A stretch of DNA of 64,000 nucleotides from Thermodesulfobacteriota bacterium (GTDB lineage Bacteria; Desulfobacterota_D; UBA1144; Nemesobacterales; Mycalebacteriaceae). A model generated the notes under the pieces. It searched no databases, was not told where the DNA came from, and worked only from the letters and a program-made list of their open reading frames with translations. This document shows, one piece after another, positions 55,363-64,000 of the stretch (position 1 is the first letter of the stretch; every line of letters begins with the position of its first letter). The stretch is taken from positions 288,001 through 352,000 of the forward strand of contig OZ245366.1 in NCBI GenBank assembly GCA_965226585.1, given 5' to 3'. The position numbers were made by a program, and so were the translations under genes.

Positions 55363-56030
55363 AAGAAGACACAACAGAACAAAAGTTGACCGTTGTCCAC
55401 CCGGAGATGGACTCTTATATGGCTTCCCTTGCGGAAGGGGCGGCTTTTCCTCAAACGGATGGCACGGTTGCCGAGATGGAGGCGCTTGCGGGGCAGAGGG
55501 ATTTCCCCATAATCGGCCGCCTCGCGGGAAGGTTTCTTTTTCAGCAGACGCTTTTGCTGGGGGCGCGTTCGGTTTTTGAAATGGGTTCGGGTTTCGGTTA
55601 TTCGGCTTACTGGTTCGCAAAAGCGGTCGGAAGCGGGGGGACGGTTGTGTGCACGGACAGGAGTGAGGAAAACTCAACGCTTGCCCGGAGTTTTATGGAG
55701 AAATGCGGATTCACAGACAGAACGGTTCTGCGCACGGGAGACGCAGTTGCCCTTATGGATGAAGCGGACGGAGTGTTTGACATAGTTTTTACAGACATAG
55801 ACAAACGCAGGTATCCGGAGGCGTTTCGCTCCGCGCGCGGCAAGATACGACCGGGAGGGCTTTACATAGTTGACAACGCTTTCTGGGACGGCCGCGCCGC
55901 AAACCCTTCGGGCGACCCGGACTCTGAAGGGGTGGCGGAGTTCAACAAGGCGGTGATGAGCGACCCCGATTTTCTCACGGTTCAAGTTCCGATAAGAGAC
56001 GGTGTTTCGGTGAGTTTGAAACTGCGTTAG
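55359..56030 (+). CDS. O-methyltransferase (caffeoyl-CoA OMT-like)
   Basis: EMGSGFGYS, FDIVFTDIDK..Y, PGG..IVDN, PIRDG. Confidence 0.9.
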   Translation: MKEDTTEQKLTVVHPEMDSYMASLAEGAAFPQTDGTVAEMEALAGQRDFPIIGRLAGRFLFQQTLLLGARSVFEMGSGFGYSAYWFAKAVGSGGTVVCTDRSEENSTLARSFMEKCGFTDRTVLRTGDAVALMDEADGVFDIVFTDIDKRRYPEAFRSARGKIRPGGLYIVDNAFWDGRAANPSGDPDSEGVAEFNKAVMSDPDFLTVQVPIRDGVSVSLKLR

Positions 56031-56045
56031 GGTTCAAAACGCGCG

Positions 56046-58688
56046 ATGAAATCGACTGACAGAACGGAGGAGGAAACGGAGCGGCTCAAGAAGTTCTATC
56101 TTGACGGCGCGCAGAAAATACGGGACAAGCATTTTTCCTTTACTCCGGAAAACAGGTTTGTTGCCGGAATGGAACTTGCGCGCGAGCGGACCGCCCTTGT
56201 TGACTCTTTTATCACAAAAGCCTCCGCAGACCGAAGCGGAAAATGCCCCGAAGGCGTTTCGCTTGTCGCCCTCGGCGGCTACGGCAGAAAAGACCTTTGC
56301 CCGTTTTCAGACATAGACCTTCTTGTTCTTCACAAGCCCGGGTTTGAGGAAGTCGCCCGCAAAACGGTTGAAAACATCTTCTATCCCATCTGGGACATGA
56401 ATCTTGACCTCGGTCACGCCGTCAGAACGGCTAATGAGTGCGCTCAAATGTGCGCCGGGGATTTTGTAACCTTCACCTCGCTTCTTGACAGCCGCTTCAT
56501 CACCGGCGACCCGGCGGAGTTTGCCGCGCTCGCAAAGGGGCTTTCCGAAGACGTTATGCCGTCTGTCTCAGCGCGCTTTATTGATGAAAAACTCACTGAG
56601 GCGCGAATCCGCAGAAAGAAGTTCGGAAGTTCGGTCTGGATGCTTGAGCCCAACGTGAAAGAGGCGGAGGGCGCGCAGAGAGATTTGAACACAATGCTCT
56701 GGCTGTGTCAGGCGAAATACAAAATCAAAGCTTTTGATGAACTGCCGGACAAGGGGATTATGAGCGAAAAGGAGTTCAGAGTAACGTTCAAGTGCATGAG
56801 TTTCCTCCTTCTCGTCCGCTCGCATCTTCACTACCTCGCGGGCAGAAAACACGACAAATTGAGTTTTGATTTTCAGCCCGATGTGGCGAAGTTTTTCGGG
56901 TATCAGGATTCTTCAAAGAAAGCGGTTGAAAAGTTTATGAGAATCTACTACCTGCGCGCCGGGCTTGTGAGCGAGAACTTTCAGCGTGTTGTGGAAAGGG
57001 TTTCGGAAAAATCCTCGTCTGCGGCAAAGCATTCCAAAATCCGCCATCTTGACCACGGGTTTACAATCAGCGACGGGGTTCTTTCCGTAACGGGAAAAAA
57101 TGTTTTCAGGGAAACACCGGTAAATCTGATAAGGGCGTTTGAATACGCGGACAGGCACGGCGCGGAAATGAGCCGGTACATGAGGGCGCTTATCAGAGAG
57201 CACGTTCCGCTTATTGACGAAGAGGTGAGAAACAGCCCGGAGTTCAGCCGCATATTCACCGGTATTCTCAAAAACGGCTCAAACGTCTACAAGGTTCTCT
57301 CCCTCATGAACCGCCTGAGGTTTCTCGCCCACTACATACCGGAGTTCGGAAGAATTGTCTGCATGATGCAGCACAACGCCTACCACCTTTACACGGTGGA
57401 TATTCACTCGCTTTTCCTTGTGAACGAGGTGGAGCGGCTTTTCAAATACGAGTACGAAGATGAGTTTCCCCTTCTGACGAAGGTCGCGGAATCGGTTGTC
57501 AGCAGAGACGTTCTGTATCTCGCGTGTCTGCTTCACGACATAGGCAAGGGTTCTGCCGGGCACGACCACGCGCGGGTGTCAAAGGAGATGGTTGAAAAAA
57601 TCGGAGTGCGTCTCGGTCTCCCGCCGGATGATGCCGCCGTGCTTGAATTTCTTGTTGAAAACCACCAGATAATGTCGGATTTTTCACAGAAGCAGGACAT
57701 CAACGATTCGGAACTTGTCTCAAAGTTTGCCGAATCAGTCGGAGACGACGAACGGCTTTCCCTGCTCTACATACTCACTTTCGCGGACTTGAGGTCTGTC
57801 GGCACGGAGGTGTGGAACAACTGGAAATCCATGCTTCTCAGAAAACTGTATTTTTCCTCCCTCAGAAGTCTTGAACCCGGACGCCCCGGCCAGACCGAGG
57901 ATGCGGACATGAGAAAGGAGACGGTGTGCAGGGAAGTAGAGCGCGCCTCTTCAGGCGAAATTACCGCTTCAGAAGCGGCTCGCGCCGTGGAAAATATGCC
58001 TCTGTCATACCTGTTCAACCATTTGCCCGCCGACATTGGAAGGCACATCTCCATTATGAAATCCGCCCGCAACGGAATCGCGACCGATGTTATCCACCAC
58101 GAGGACGGGGGATATGACGAGTTTATTTTCTGGGGAAAAGACCGCAAAAGTTTGTTTCGCACCCTTTGCGGAGCCGTGAGCGCGAACGGTCTGAACATCC
58201 TCGGGGCGAGAGCGGAAAGCGGCGCAGACGGCATGGCTCTGGACATCATGTATCTGAACCGGCTTGGCGGCTCGGCGGCGGACAGTCCGGAGTTGTGGGA
58301 AAAACTTGACGGCGACATCAGAGCCGCTCTGGGCGGCACGCTCGACATTGACGCTGTTATGAAAAAGCGCAAGCAGTTCTCTCCCGTGAAAAGGAAACTC
58401 ACCTCCACTCCTCCGAGGATTGTTTTTGACAACGAGTGGTCTGAAAAGGCGACTCTTGTGGAGGTGTTCGCAGACGACAAGCCGGGCATTCTCTACGACA
58501 TCGCGACCGTGCTTGCGGACGCAGGCGTTTCAATAACTCACGCCAAGGTGTCAACCAGAGCGGAGCAGGTTTTTGACGTTTTCTACGTTACCGGCGCGGA
58601 CGGGCGCAAGGTGGAAAACCCCGATATTCTTGAGAAAATCAAAGAGGCGTTGCCGCGAGCCCTGGAACGGGATGCGGCGGATGTTTAG
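56046..58688 (+). CDS. glnD: [Protein-PII] uridylyltransferase
   Basis: ALGGYGR...P.SDIDL, EPNVKE, YH.YTVD.H, LLHDIGKG, two ACT domains. Confidence 0.96.
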   Translation: MKSTDRTEEETERLKKFYLDGAQKIRDKHFSFTPENRFVAGMELARERTALVDSFITKASADRSGKCPEGVSLVALGGYGRKDLCPFSDIDLLVLHKPGFEEVARKTVENIFYPIWDMNLDLGHAVRTANECAQMCAGDFVTFTSLLDSRFITGDPAEFAALAKGLSEDVMPSVSARFIDEKLTEARIRRKKFGSSVWMLEPNVKEAEGAQRDLNTMLWLCQAKYKIKAFDELPDKGIMSEKEFRVTFKCMSFLLLVRSHLHYLAGRKHDKLSFDFQPDVAKFFGYQDSSKKAVEKFMRIYYLRAGLVSENFQRVVERVSEKSSSAAKHSKIRHLDHGFTISDGVLSVTGKNVFRETPVNLIRAFEYADRHGAEMSRYMRALIREHVPLIDEEVRNSPEFSRIFTGILKNGSNVYKVLSLMNRLRFLAHYIPEFGRIVCMMQHNAYHLYTVDIHSLFLVNEVERLFKYEYEDEFPLLTKVAESVVSRDVLYLACLLHDIGKGSAGHDHARVSKEMVEKIGVRLGLPPDDAAVLEFLVENHQIMSDFSQKQDINDSELVSKFAESVGDDERLSLLYILTFADLRSVGTEVWNNWKSMLLRKLYFSSLRSLEPGRPGQTEDADMRKETVCREVERASSGEITASEAARAVENMPLSYLFNHLPADIGRHISIMKSARNGIATDVIHHEDGGYDEFIFWGKDRKSLFRTLCGAVSANGLNILGARAESGADGMALDIMYLNRLGGSAADSPELWEKLDGDIRAALGGTLDIDAVMKKRKQFSPVKRKLTSTPPRIVFDNEWSEKATLVEVFADDKPGILYDIATVLADAGVSITHAKVSTRAEQVFDVFYVTGADGRKVENPDILEKIKEALPRALERDAADV

Positions 58689-58714
58689 TTTTTGCGTGGG
58701 AGGCGCGCTTTGGA

Positions 58715-60301
58715 ATGTTTCGTAATGAGCCGGAAACAGATGTTCTTGTCATAGGAAGCGGGCTTGCGGGCTTGTACGCGGCTTTCAGCGCGGCGGCTGA
58801 GGGCGCGAGGGTGACGGTTGTAACGCGCACCACGATAAAGGAGAGCAATTCGTACTGGGCTCAGGGCGGAATTGCCGCCGCCGTTGATTCCGCCGACTCG
58901 GTGCTTCTGCACAAAAACGACACCATAAAAGCGGGTTGCGGACTTTGCGACCGGGACGCGGTGGATGTTCTGGTTCAAGAGGGCAGGGAGAGGGTGATGG
59001 AGATGGCGGAGTTCGGAATGGAGTTTGATTCAGACGCATACGGTTTTGACCTGGGGCTTGAAGGCGGCCACTCCAAACGGCGCGTTCTTCACGCGGGCGG
59101 AGCGGCTACGGGAAGAAAGATGATTGAGTTTCTCATCTCATCGGTAGAGAAGGCTGAGGGCGTTTCAATTATGGAGAGCACAGAGGTTGAGAGTCTTATA
59201 TCTTCAGGCGGCGAGTGCCTCGGCGCGTGGACGGTTCAAAGCGGCGGAGGGCGCGCCGCCGTGAGGGCGCGCTCAACCATACTCGCCACCGGAGGAGCCG
59301 CCGCGCTTTTCAGCCGGACAACAAACCCGCAAGCCGCCAAGGGAGACGGAATCCACATGGCATACCGCGCCGGAGCCGAGATAATGGACATGGAGTTTGT
59401 GCAGTTTCACCCCACTGCGTTTTACTCTCCGGGCGGCGAATGTTTTCTCATATCCGAAGCCATCAGGGGCGAGGGCGGATTTCTTACAAACTCAAAAGGC
59501 GAGAGATTTATGGAGGGCGCGCACCCGCTCGGCGACCTTGCTCCGAGAGACGTGGTGTCGAGGGCTATACATTCCCAGATAAGCGGCGGCGGAGAGGATT
59601 TTGTCTGCCTTGACGTTACGGGCATAGAACCCGGAATTGTCAGGAACAGATTTTCAGACATCTATCGCCGCTGTCTTGAAAACGGCGTTGACTGCCTTGC
59701 CTCTCCCATTCCCGTTGCCCCCGCCGCCCACTACACAATAGGCGGCGTAAAGACCGGGCTTTACGGTGAGACCAGCCTGAAAGGGCTCTACTGCTGCGGC
59801 GAGACGGCGTGCGTTGGTGTTCACGGCGCGAACCGCCTTGCGAGCAACTCCCTGCTTGAATGTCTTGTTTTTTCAAAAAGGTCGGCCGGGGGGGCGGTTG
59901 AAAATCTCACCTCCGCCCGCCCGCCCGCAGAGCTTCCCGCGCCTCCGGATGATGACCAGAGCGGGGGAGATGAAAAACAGTACGACCGGCTTTGCGCAGA
60001 GATTGTTTCAAAAACCGGCTCCATGCTCGGCATAGTCAGAACGGGAGAGAAGATAAAAAGTTTTATCTCCGCCGCCGGGCGGATTCTGGATGAGTCTCAA
60101 AACATGGCGGGGTGGCGGGGGCGCAGGGTTGCCTCAATGGCAAACATTTGCCTGATGACGGCGCGGGCGGCTCTTATGAGGGAGGAGTCGAGAGGGGTTC
60201 ACATACGGGAAGATTTTCCCGAAACAGACCCCCGGCTTTGCCGTCACAGTGTTTTCAGTAAAACTTCGTCCGCGCCCGCCCCGCGCTGGGAGGATTTGTG
60301 A
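58715..60301 (+). CDS. nadB: L-aspartate oxidase
   Basis: GSGLAG, S.WAQGGI, EGGHS, QFHPT, PAAHY, HGANRLASNSL, ESRG.H. Confidence 0.96.
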   Translation: MFRNEPETDVLVIGSGLAGLYAAFSAAAEGARVTVVTRTTIKESNSYWAQGGIAAAVDSADSVLLHKNDTIKAGCGLCDRDAVDVLVQEGRERVMEMAEFGMEFDSDAYGFDLGLEGGHSKRRVLHAGGAATGRKMIEFLISSVEKAEGVSIMESTEVESLISSGGECLGAWTVQSGGGRAAVRARSTILATGGAAALFSRTTNPQAAKGDGIHMAYRAGAEIMDMEFVQFHPTAFYSPGGECFLISEAIRGEGGFLTNSKGERFMEGAHPLGDLAPRDVVSRAIHSQISGGGEDFVCLDVTGIEPGIVRNRFSDIYRRCLENGVDCLASPIPVAPAAHYTIGGVKTGLYGETSLKGLYCCGETACVGVHGANRLASNSLLECLVFSKRSAGGAVENLTSARPPAELPAPPDDDQSGGDEKQYDRLCAEIVSKTGSMLGIVRTGEKIKSFISAAGRILDESQNMAGWRGRRVASMANICLMTARAALMREESRGVHIREDFPETDPRLCRHSVFSKTSSAPAPRWEDL

Positions 60302-61173
60302 AAAGCGAAAGAAAGCCGCCGGTTCTTGACTGGGAAAAGGTTGACCGCCTGATAGAGACTGCCGTCGCAGAAGATGTGCGCGGCGGCGACGTAACAACGG
60401 AACTGCTTTTTGAAACCGATGTTTCCTGCCGCGCGGCGGTGCACGCGAACCAGCCCGGAACCCTCGCGGGAATAGATGTTGCGCGAACCGTTTTTGAAAA
60501 ACTTGACAAGAATCTCAAATGGAAAAACCACAGGGATGACGGCGACAAACTGGAAAAAGGGGATGGCATTGTTACCATAACCGGCTCGCAGAGGCACATT
60601 CTCACCGGCGAGCGGCTTGCCCTTAACATACTTCAGCGGCTCAGCGGAATAGCTACTTTCACGGCGCGTTTTGTTGCCGCCGTTGAGGGAACGGGAGTTC
60701 TGATTGTTGACACGCGCAAAACCGCTCCGGGTATGAGGGAACTTGAGAAATATGCTGTGCGCATGGGCGGCGGGGGCAACCACAGATTTGGTCTTTATGA
60801 CGGCATTCTTATAAAAGACAATCATATAAAACTTGCCGGCGGGGTGAAAAAAGCCGTTGAAAAGGCGCGCCGCCGCGCGGCGGAATCGGCAGAAAACTAC
60901 GAGCGGTTTCCGATTGAAGTTGAGGCGAAGGAGATGTATCAGGTATCCGAAGCCGTTTCCTGCGGCGCGAGCGTTGTAATGCTTGACAACATGAGCGCGC
61001 AGCAGATGAAAGAAGCCGTCCGGCTTGTGGACGGAAGGGTTCTGCTTGAAGCATCCGGCGGAGTTACGCTTGAAAGCGTAAAAGAGGTTGCCGAAACGGG
61101 CGTCAACATCATCTCAGTCGGCGCGCTCACGCATTCCGCCCCCGCGCTGGATATAAGTCTGGATATGATTTGA
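60298..61173 (+). CDS. nadC: Quinolinate phosphoribosyltransferase
   Basis: ERLALN, DTRKT.PG, NHRFGL.D, IKDNH, EVE, MLDNM, EASGG, ALTHS. Confidence 0.97.
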   Translation: MKSERKPPVLDWEKVDRLIETAVAEDVRGGDVTTELLFETDVSCRAAVHANQPGTLAGIDVARTVFEKLDKNLKWKNHRDDGDKLEKGDGIVTITGSQRHILTGERLALNILQRLSGIATFTARFVAAVEGTGVLIVDTRKTAPGMRELEKYAVRMGGGGNHRFGLYDGILIKDNHIKLAGGVKKAVEKARRRAAESAENYERFPIEVEAKEMYQVSEAVSCGASVVMLDNMSAQQMKEAVRLVDGRVLLEASGGVTLESVKEVAETGVNIISVGALTHSAPALDISLDMI

Positions 61174-61264
61174 AGGGCTTTTGGTTTTTTGTCTGCCGCT
61201 CTGTTCTTGCCGGGGAACCCGCCCCGCCTGTGGTATAATTCCATTGCGGCTGATTTGAGGGAGA

Positions 61265-62224
61265 ATGACAGACACACTGAAAAACACCGCGCGGCGAATT
61301 GACGAACTCAAGAGAGAGAAAAACGCCGTTATACTCGCGCACAACTACCAGGTGCCTGAAGTTCAGGACATTGCCGACTATGTGGGAGACTCTCTGGGGC
61401 TTTCCCGCAAGGCGGCGCAAACGGGGGCGGACGTTATCGTTTTCTGCGGCGTTCACTTTATGGCTGAGACCGCTAGCATAATTTCACCCGATAAAAAAGT
61501 TCTTATCCCCGACCCCCAAGCCGGCTGTTCGCTGGCAGACACCATCACCATTGAGCAACTCAAAGAGTGGAAAAATGAACACCCCGGCGCGGTTGTGGTT
61601 TCCTATGTCAACACCTCCGCCGCGGTCAAAAGCGAGAGCGACTACTGCGTTACATCTTCAAACGCCGTAAAGGTTGTGGAGTCAATCCCCGAAGACAGGA
61701 AAATACTTTTTCTGCCCGATATTTTTCTGGGCTCCTATGTGGCGAAACAAACAGGCAGAGAGATGGAGATATGGCCCGGCGAATGCCATGTTCATTCCGG
61801 CATCAAGGTTAAAGACATCAAAAACGTGAAAGCCCGCCACCCCGGCGCCGAAGTTGTTGTCCACCCCGAATGCGGATGCACAACCCACTATCTCTACAAC
61901 AGCGTTTCGGAAAAAGGCGAAGCCGTTCCGGGCGATGTGACATTTCTCTCAACTTCGGGCATGACAGAGCGCGCCCGCAAGGGCGGCGAAGAGTTTATAG
62001 TTGCCACGGAAATGGGAATGCTTCACCGCCTCCGCAAGGATAATCCGGGCAAAAAGTTTTTTCCGGCAAGCGAAAGCGCCGTTTGCGAATATATGAAAAT
62101 GATAACCCTTGACAAGGTTCTGCGCTCTCTTGAAGAGGAAATATACGAGGTGAAGGTTCCGCAACAACTGGCACTTCGCGCAAAGAAACCGATAGACAGA
62201 ATGCTTGGCGTTTCCGCCGCTTGA
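61265..62224 (+). CDS. nadA: Quinolinate synthase
   Basis: AHNYQ, GDSL, CGVHFMAE, AGCS, C.VH, HPEC, CEYMK. Confidence 0.97.
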   Translation: MTDTLKNTARRIDELKREKNAVILAHNYQVPEVQDIADYVGDSLGLSRKAAQTGADVIVFCGVHFMAETASIISPDKKVLIPDPQAGCSLADTITIEQLKEWKNEHPGAVVVSYVNTSAAVKSESDYCVTSSNAVKVVESIPEDRKILFLPDIFLGSYVAKQTGREMEIWPGECHVHSGIKVKDIKNVKARHPGAEVVVHPECGCTTHYLYNSVSEKGEAVPGDVTFLSTSGMTERARKGGEEFIVATEMGMLHRLRKDNPGKKFFPASESAVCEYMKMITLDKVLRSLEEEIYEVKVPQQLALRAKKPIDRMLGVSAA

Positions 62225-62249
62225 AAAGCTTTTGAGAAAAGAGCCGCCG

Positions 62250-62750
62250 CTACTCTGCGGCTTCTCTCGCTCCAACCTCTCTGTCCACCATAAGCAGGGC
62301 GGCGGGGTTGTCTTCTGCGAGCTTCAGGCTGTCGAGAATTTCCGTTGCGGCTTTCTCCTCCTCAACCTGCTCTTCTATGAACCACTCAAGCATGACGGCG
62401 GTTGCCATGTCTTTTTCTTTAACCGCCTCGCCGTGAAGTTTGTGAATCATGTCTGTTACAAGGCGTTCGTGTTTCAGCGACTGCTCGAACATCCCGGTAA
62501 TGGTTCCGAATGAAGACGCCGGTTTTTTGATGGCTCCCAGCTCCACGCGGCCGCCCCTGTCAAGGACGAAATTAAACAGCTTCATGGCGTGGGCGGTTTC
62601 CTCTTCACTCTGTTTTCTCATCCATTTTCCGAAGCCCGGAAATCCTTTTGCTTCGCAGTCCGCCGCCATTGAAAGGTATATGTATGAAGAGTAGAGTTCG
62701 GCGTTTATCTGGCCGTTAATGTGTTCCTGCATTTTTTTGCCTATAGTCAT
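62250..62750 (-). CDS. ftnA: Non-heme ferritin
   Basis: QINAE.YS.Y.Y, QS.EE..HA, HE..VT, WFI.EQVEEE. Confidence 0.93.
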   Translation of the reverse strand: MTIGKKMQEHINGQINAELYSSYIYLSMAADCEAKGFPGFGKWMRKQSEEETAHAMKLFNFVLDRGGRVELGAIKKPASSFGTITGMFEQSLKHERLVTDMIHKLHGEAVKEKDMATAVMLEWFIEEQVEEEKAATEILDSLKLAEDNPAALLMVDREVGAREAAE

Positions 62751-62877
62751 TTGGCACCTCCCGTATGAATTGATTATAAGGCTCGCGGCGCGGTTTTCAA
62801 CCGATGCGGGGCATCAGGCGGCTCAAAACCGGGCGGCGGTCTAGCGGAATAACGCGGTAACTATTAAAAAAGTTTCG

Positions 62878-62905
62878 TTGATATGTGTTTCTGCGTGCTT
62901 ATAAT
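62878..62905 (+). promoter_or_regulatory. Sigma70-type promoter of lon
   Basis: TTGATA-N16-TATAAT in an AT-rich patch. Confidence 0.6.
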
Positions 62906-62967
62906 GTTTATGTAACGGTAGTTAACGGTAACGCGGGCGCATCAGGCGCCAAGGAGGAGCGCGCCGG

Positions 62968-64000
62968 ATGAGCACAGAAAAGACCCCAAGAGAGATTCCT
63001 ATGCTTCCGCTTAGGGATGTTGTTATGTTTCCCTACATGGTTGCCCCGCTTTTTGTGGGAAGGGCAAGGTCGATAAAAGCCATTGAGGCGGCCGAAAGCA
63101 CTGACAAAGAGATATTTCTCTGCACTCAGATGGATGCCAGCGAGAATGAGCCGAAGCGGGATGAAATATATTCCACCGGCGTCATAGGAACAGTTGCCCA
63201 GATGCTGCGTCTGCCGGACGGAACCGTGAAGGTTCTTGTTGAGGGCAGAAAAAGGGGGCGCATAGAGGAATACGCCGACACGGACGGTTTCTACAAGGTG
63301 AAGGTTTCCGTCATTGAAGAGGACAAAGAAACGGAAAGCGCCGAGGGAGACGCGCTCAGAAGGTCTGTTCTCAAAGCGTTTGAGGGATACATAAAACTCA
63401 ACAGAAAAATACCGAGCGAGGTTTTCTCAACTGTTTCCGCCATAGAGAACACAAGCCGTCTTTCCGACACGGTTGCGTCTCATCTGAATCTGAAAATTGC
63501 CGACAAGCAGGATCTGCTTGAGACGAACAAACCCGAAGAGAGAATGAAAAAACTGCACGAGAAGATGCAGGAAGAGGTTGAGATTCTTGAGATTGAAAAA
63601 CGCATAGGCAAAAGAGTGCGCAGGCAGATGGAGAAGTCTCAAAGGGAGTACTATCTGACCGAACAGATGAAAGCCATTCAGAAGGAACTGGGCGAAAAGG
63701 ACGACATGAAGTCTGATGTTCAGGAGATTGAGGCGAAACTCAAAGACAAGGGTCTTCCCCCCGATGTTGAGGAAAGGGTGAAGAAAGAACTGAAAAAACT
63801 CAAAATGATGCCGGCAATGTCAGCCGAAGCCACGGTTGTGCGCAACTATGTTGACTGGATAATGGACCTTCCGTGGACGAAAGAGCACACCAAAGACCGG
63901 CTTGATGTGAAAGAGGCGCACAAGATACTTGACGAGGATCACTACGGACTTAAAGACCCGAAAGACAGAATCCTTGAATACCTTGCCGTCCGCACTCTCA
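62968..64000 (+). CDS. lon: Lon protease (5' part, runs off the window; absent from the ORF track)
   Basis: MSTEKTPREIPMLPLRDVVMFPYMVAPLFVGR, LPDGTVKVLVEG, QREYYL.EQMKAIQKELG, LDEDHYGL; AAGGAGG RBS. Confidence 0.96.
   Translation, partial: MSTEKTPREIPMLPLRDVVMFPYMVAPLFVGRARSIKAIEAAESTDKEIFLCTQMDASENEPKRDEIYSTGVIGTVAQMLRLPDGTVKVLVEGRKRGRIEEYADTDGFYKVKVSVIEEDKETESAEGDALRRSVLKAFEGYIKLNRKIPSEVFSTVSAIENTSRLSDTVASHLNLKIADKQDLLETNKPEERMKKLHEKMQEEVEILEIEKRIGKRVRRQMEKSQREYYLTEQMKAIQKELGEKDDMKSDVQEIEAKLKDKGLPPDVEERVKKELKKLKMMPAMSAEATVVRNYVDWIMDLPWTKEHTKDRLDVKEAHKILDEDHYGLKDPKDRILEYLAVRTL

Overview
Gene-dense window of a diderm bacterium. Gene content and order (aroA-cmk-rpsA-sppA, long PstC/PstA, AccA-AccD fusion) look deltaproteobacteria-like, tentatively Ca. 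Dadabacteria; that placement is an impression, not a search result. 0.2-8.7 kb: pstSCAB-phoU with an 11-bp-period Pho-box-like repeat, convergent with phoB-phoR; phoR appears to start at an ATA codon. 8.7-17.9 kb: outer-membrane cluster (OprO/P-like porin, two paralogous beta-barrel porins separated by a divergent hicB/hicA-like pair, TolC). Nearly every intergenic gap in this cluster carries a CGTC-tagged, dRS3-like heterodimeric palindromic repeat (10 full copies in the window, including a 4-unit tandem array; none seen after 29 kb). The remainder is housekeeping (purH, folD, folK, thiD, trpE/G, lipA, rpsA, cmk, aroA, dnaB, glnD, nadBCA, ferritin, lon) mixed with unexplained acyl-CoA/Schiff-base genes: a dicistronic pair of acetoacetate-decarboxylase-like paralogs, a secreted third homolog lacking catalytic residues, two CaiC-like CoA ligases (one frameshifted), an acyl-CoA dehydrogenase, a PaaI thioesterase, a Cys-poor DUF35 protein, an AmiS/UreI channel and a fused carboxyltransferase. 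No rRNA, tRNA, CRISPR array or transposase was recognised. The best candidates for an undescribed system are the repeat-punctuated surface-protein locus and the Adc-like pair with its possible acyl-CoA pathway.
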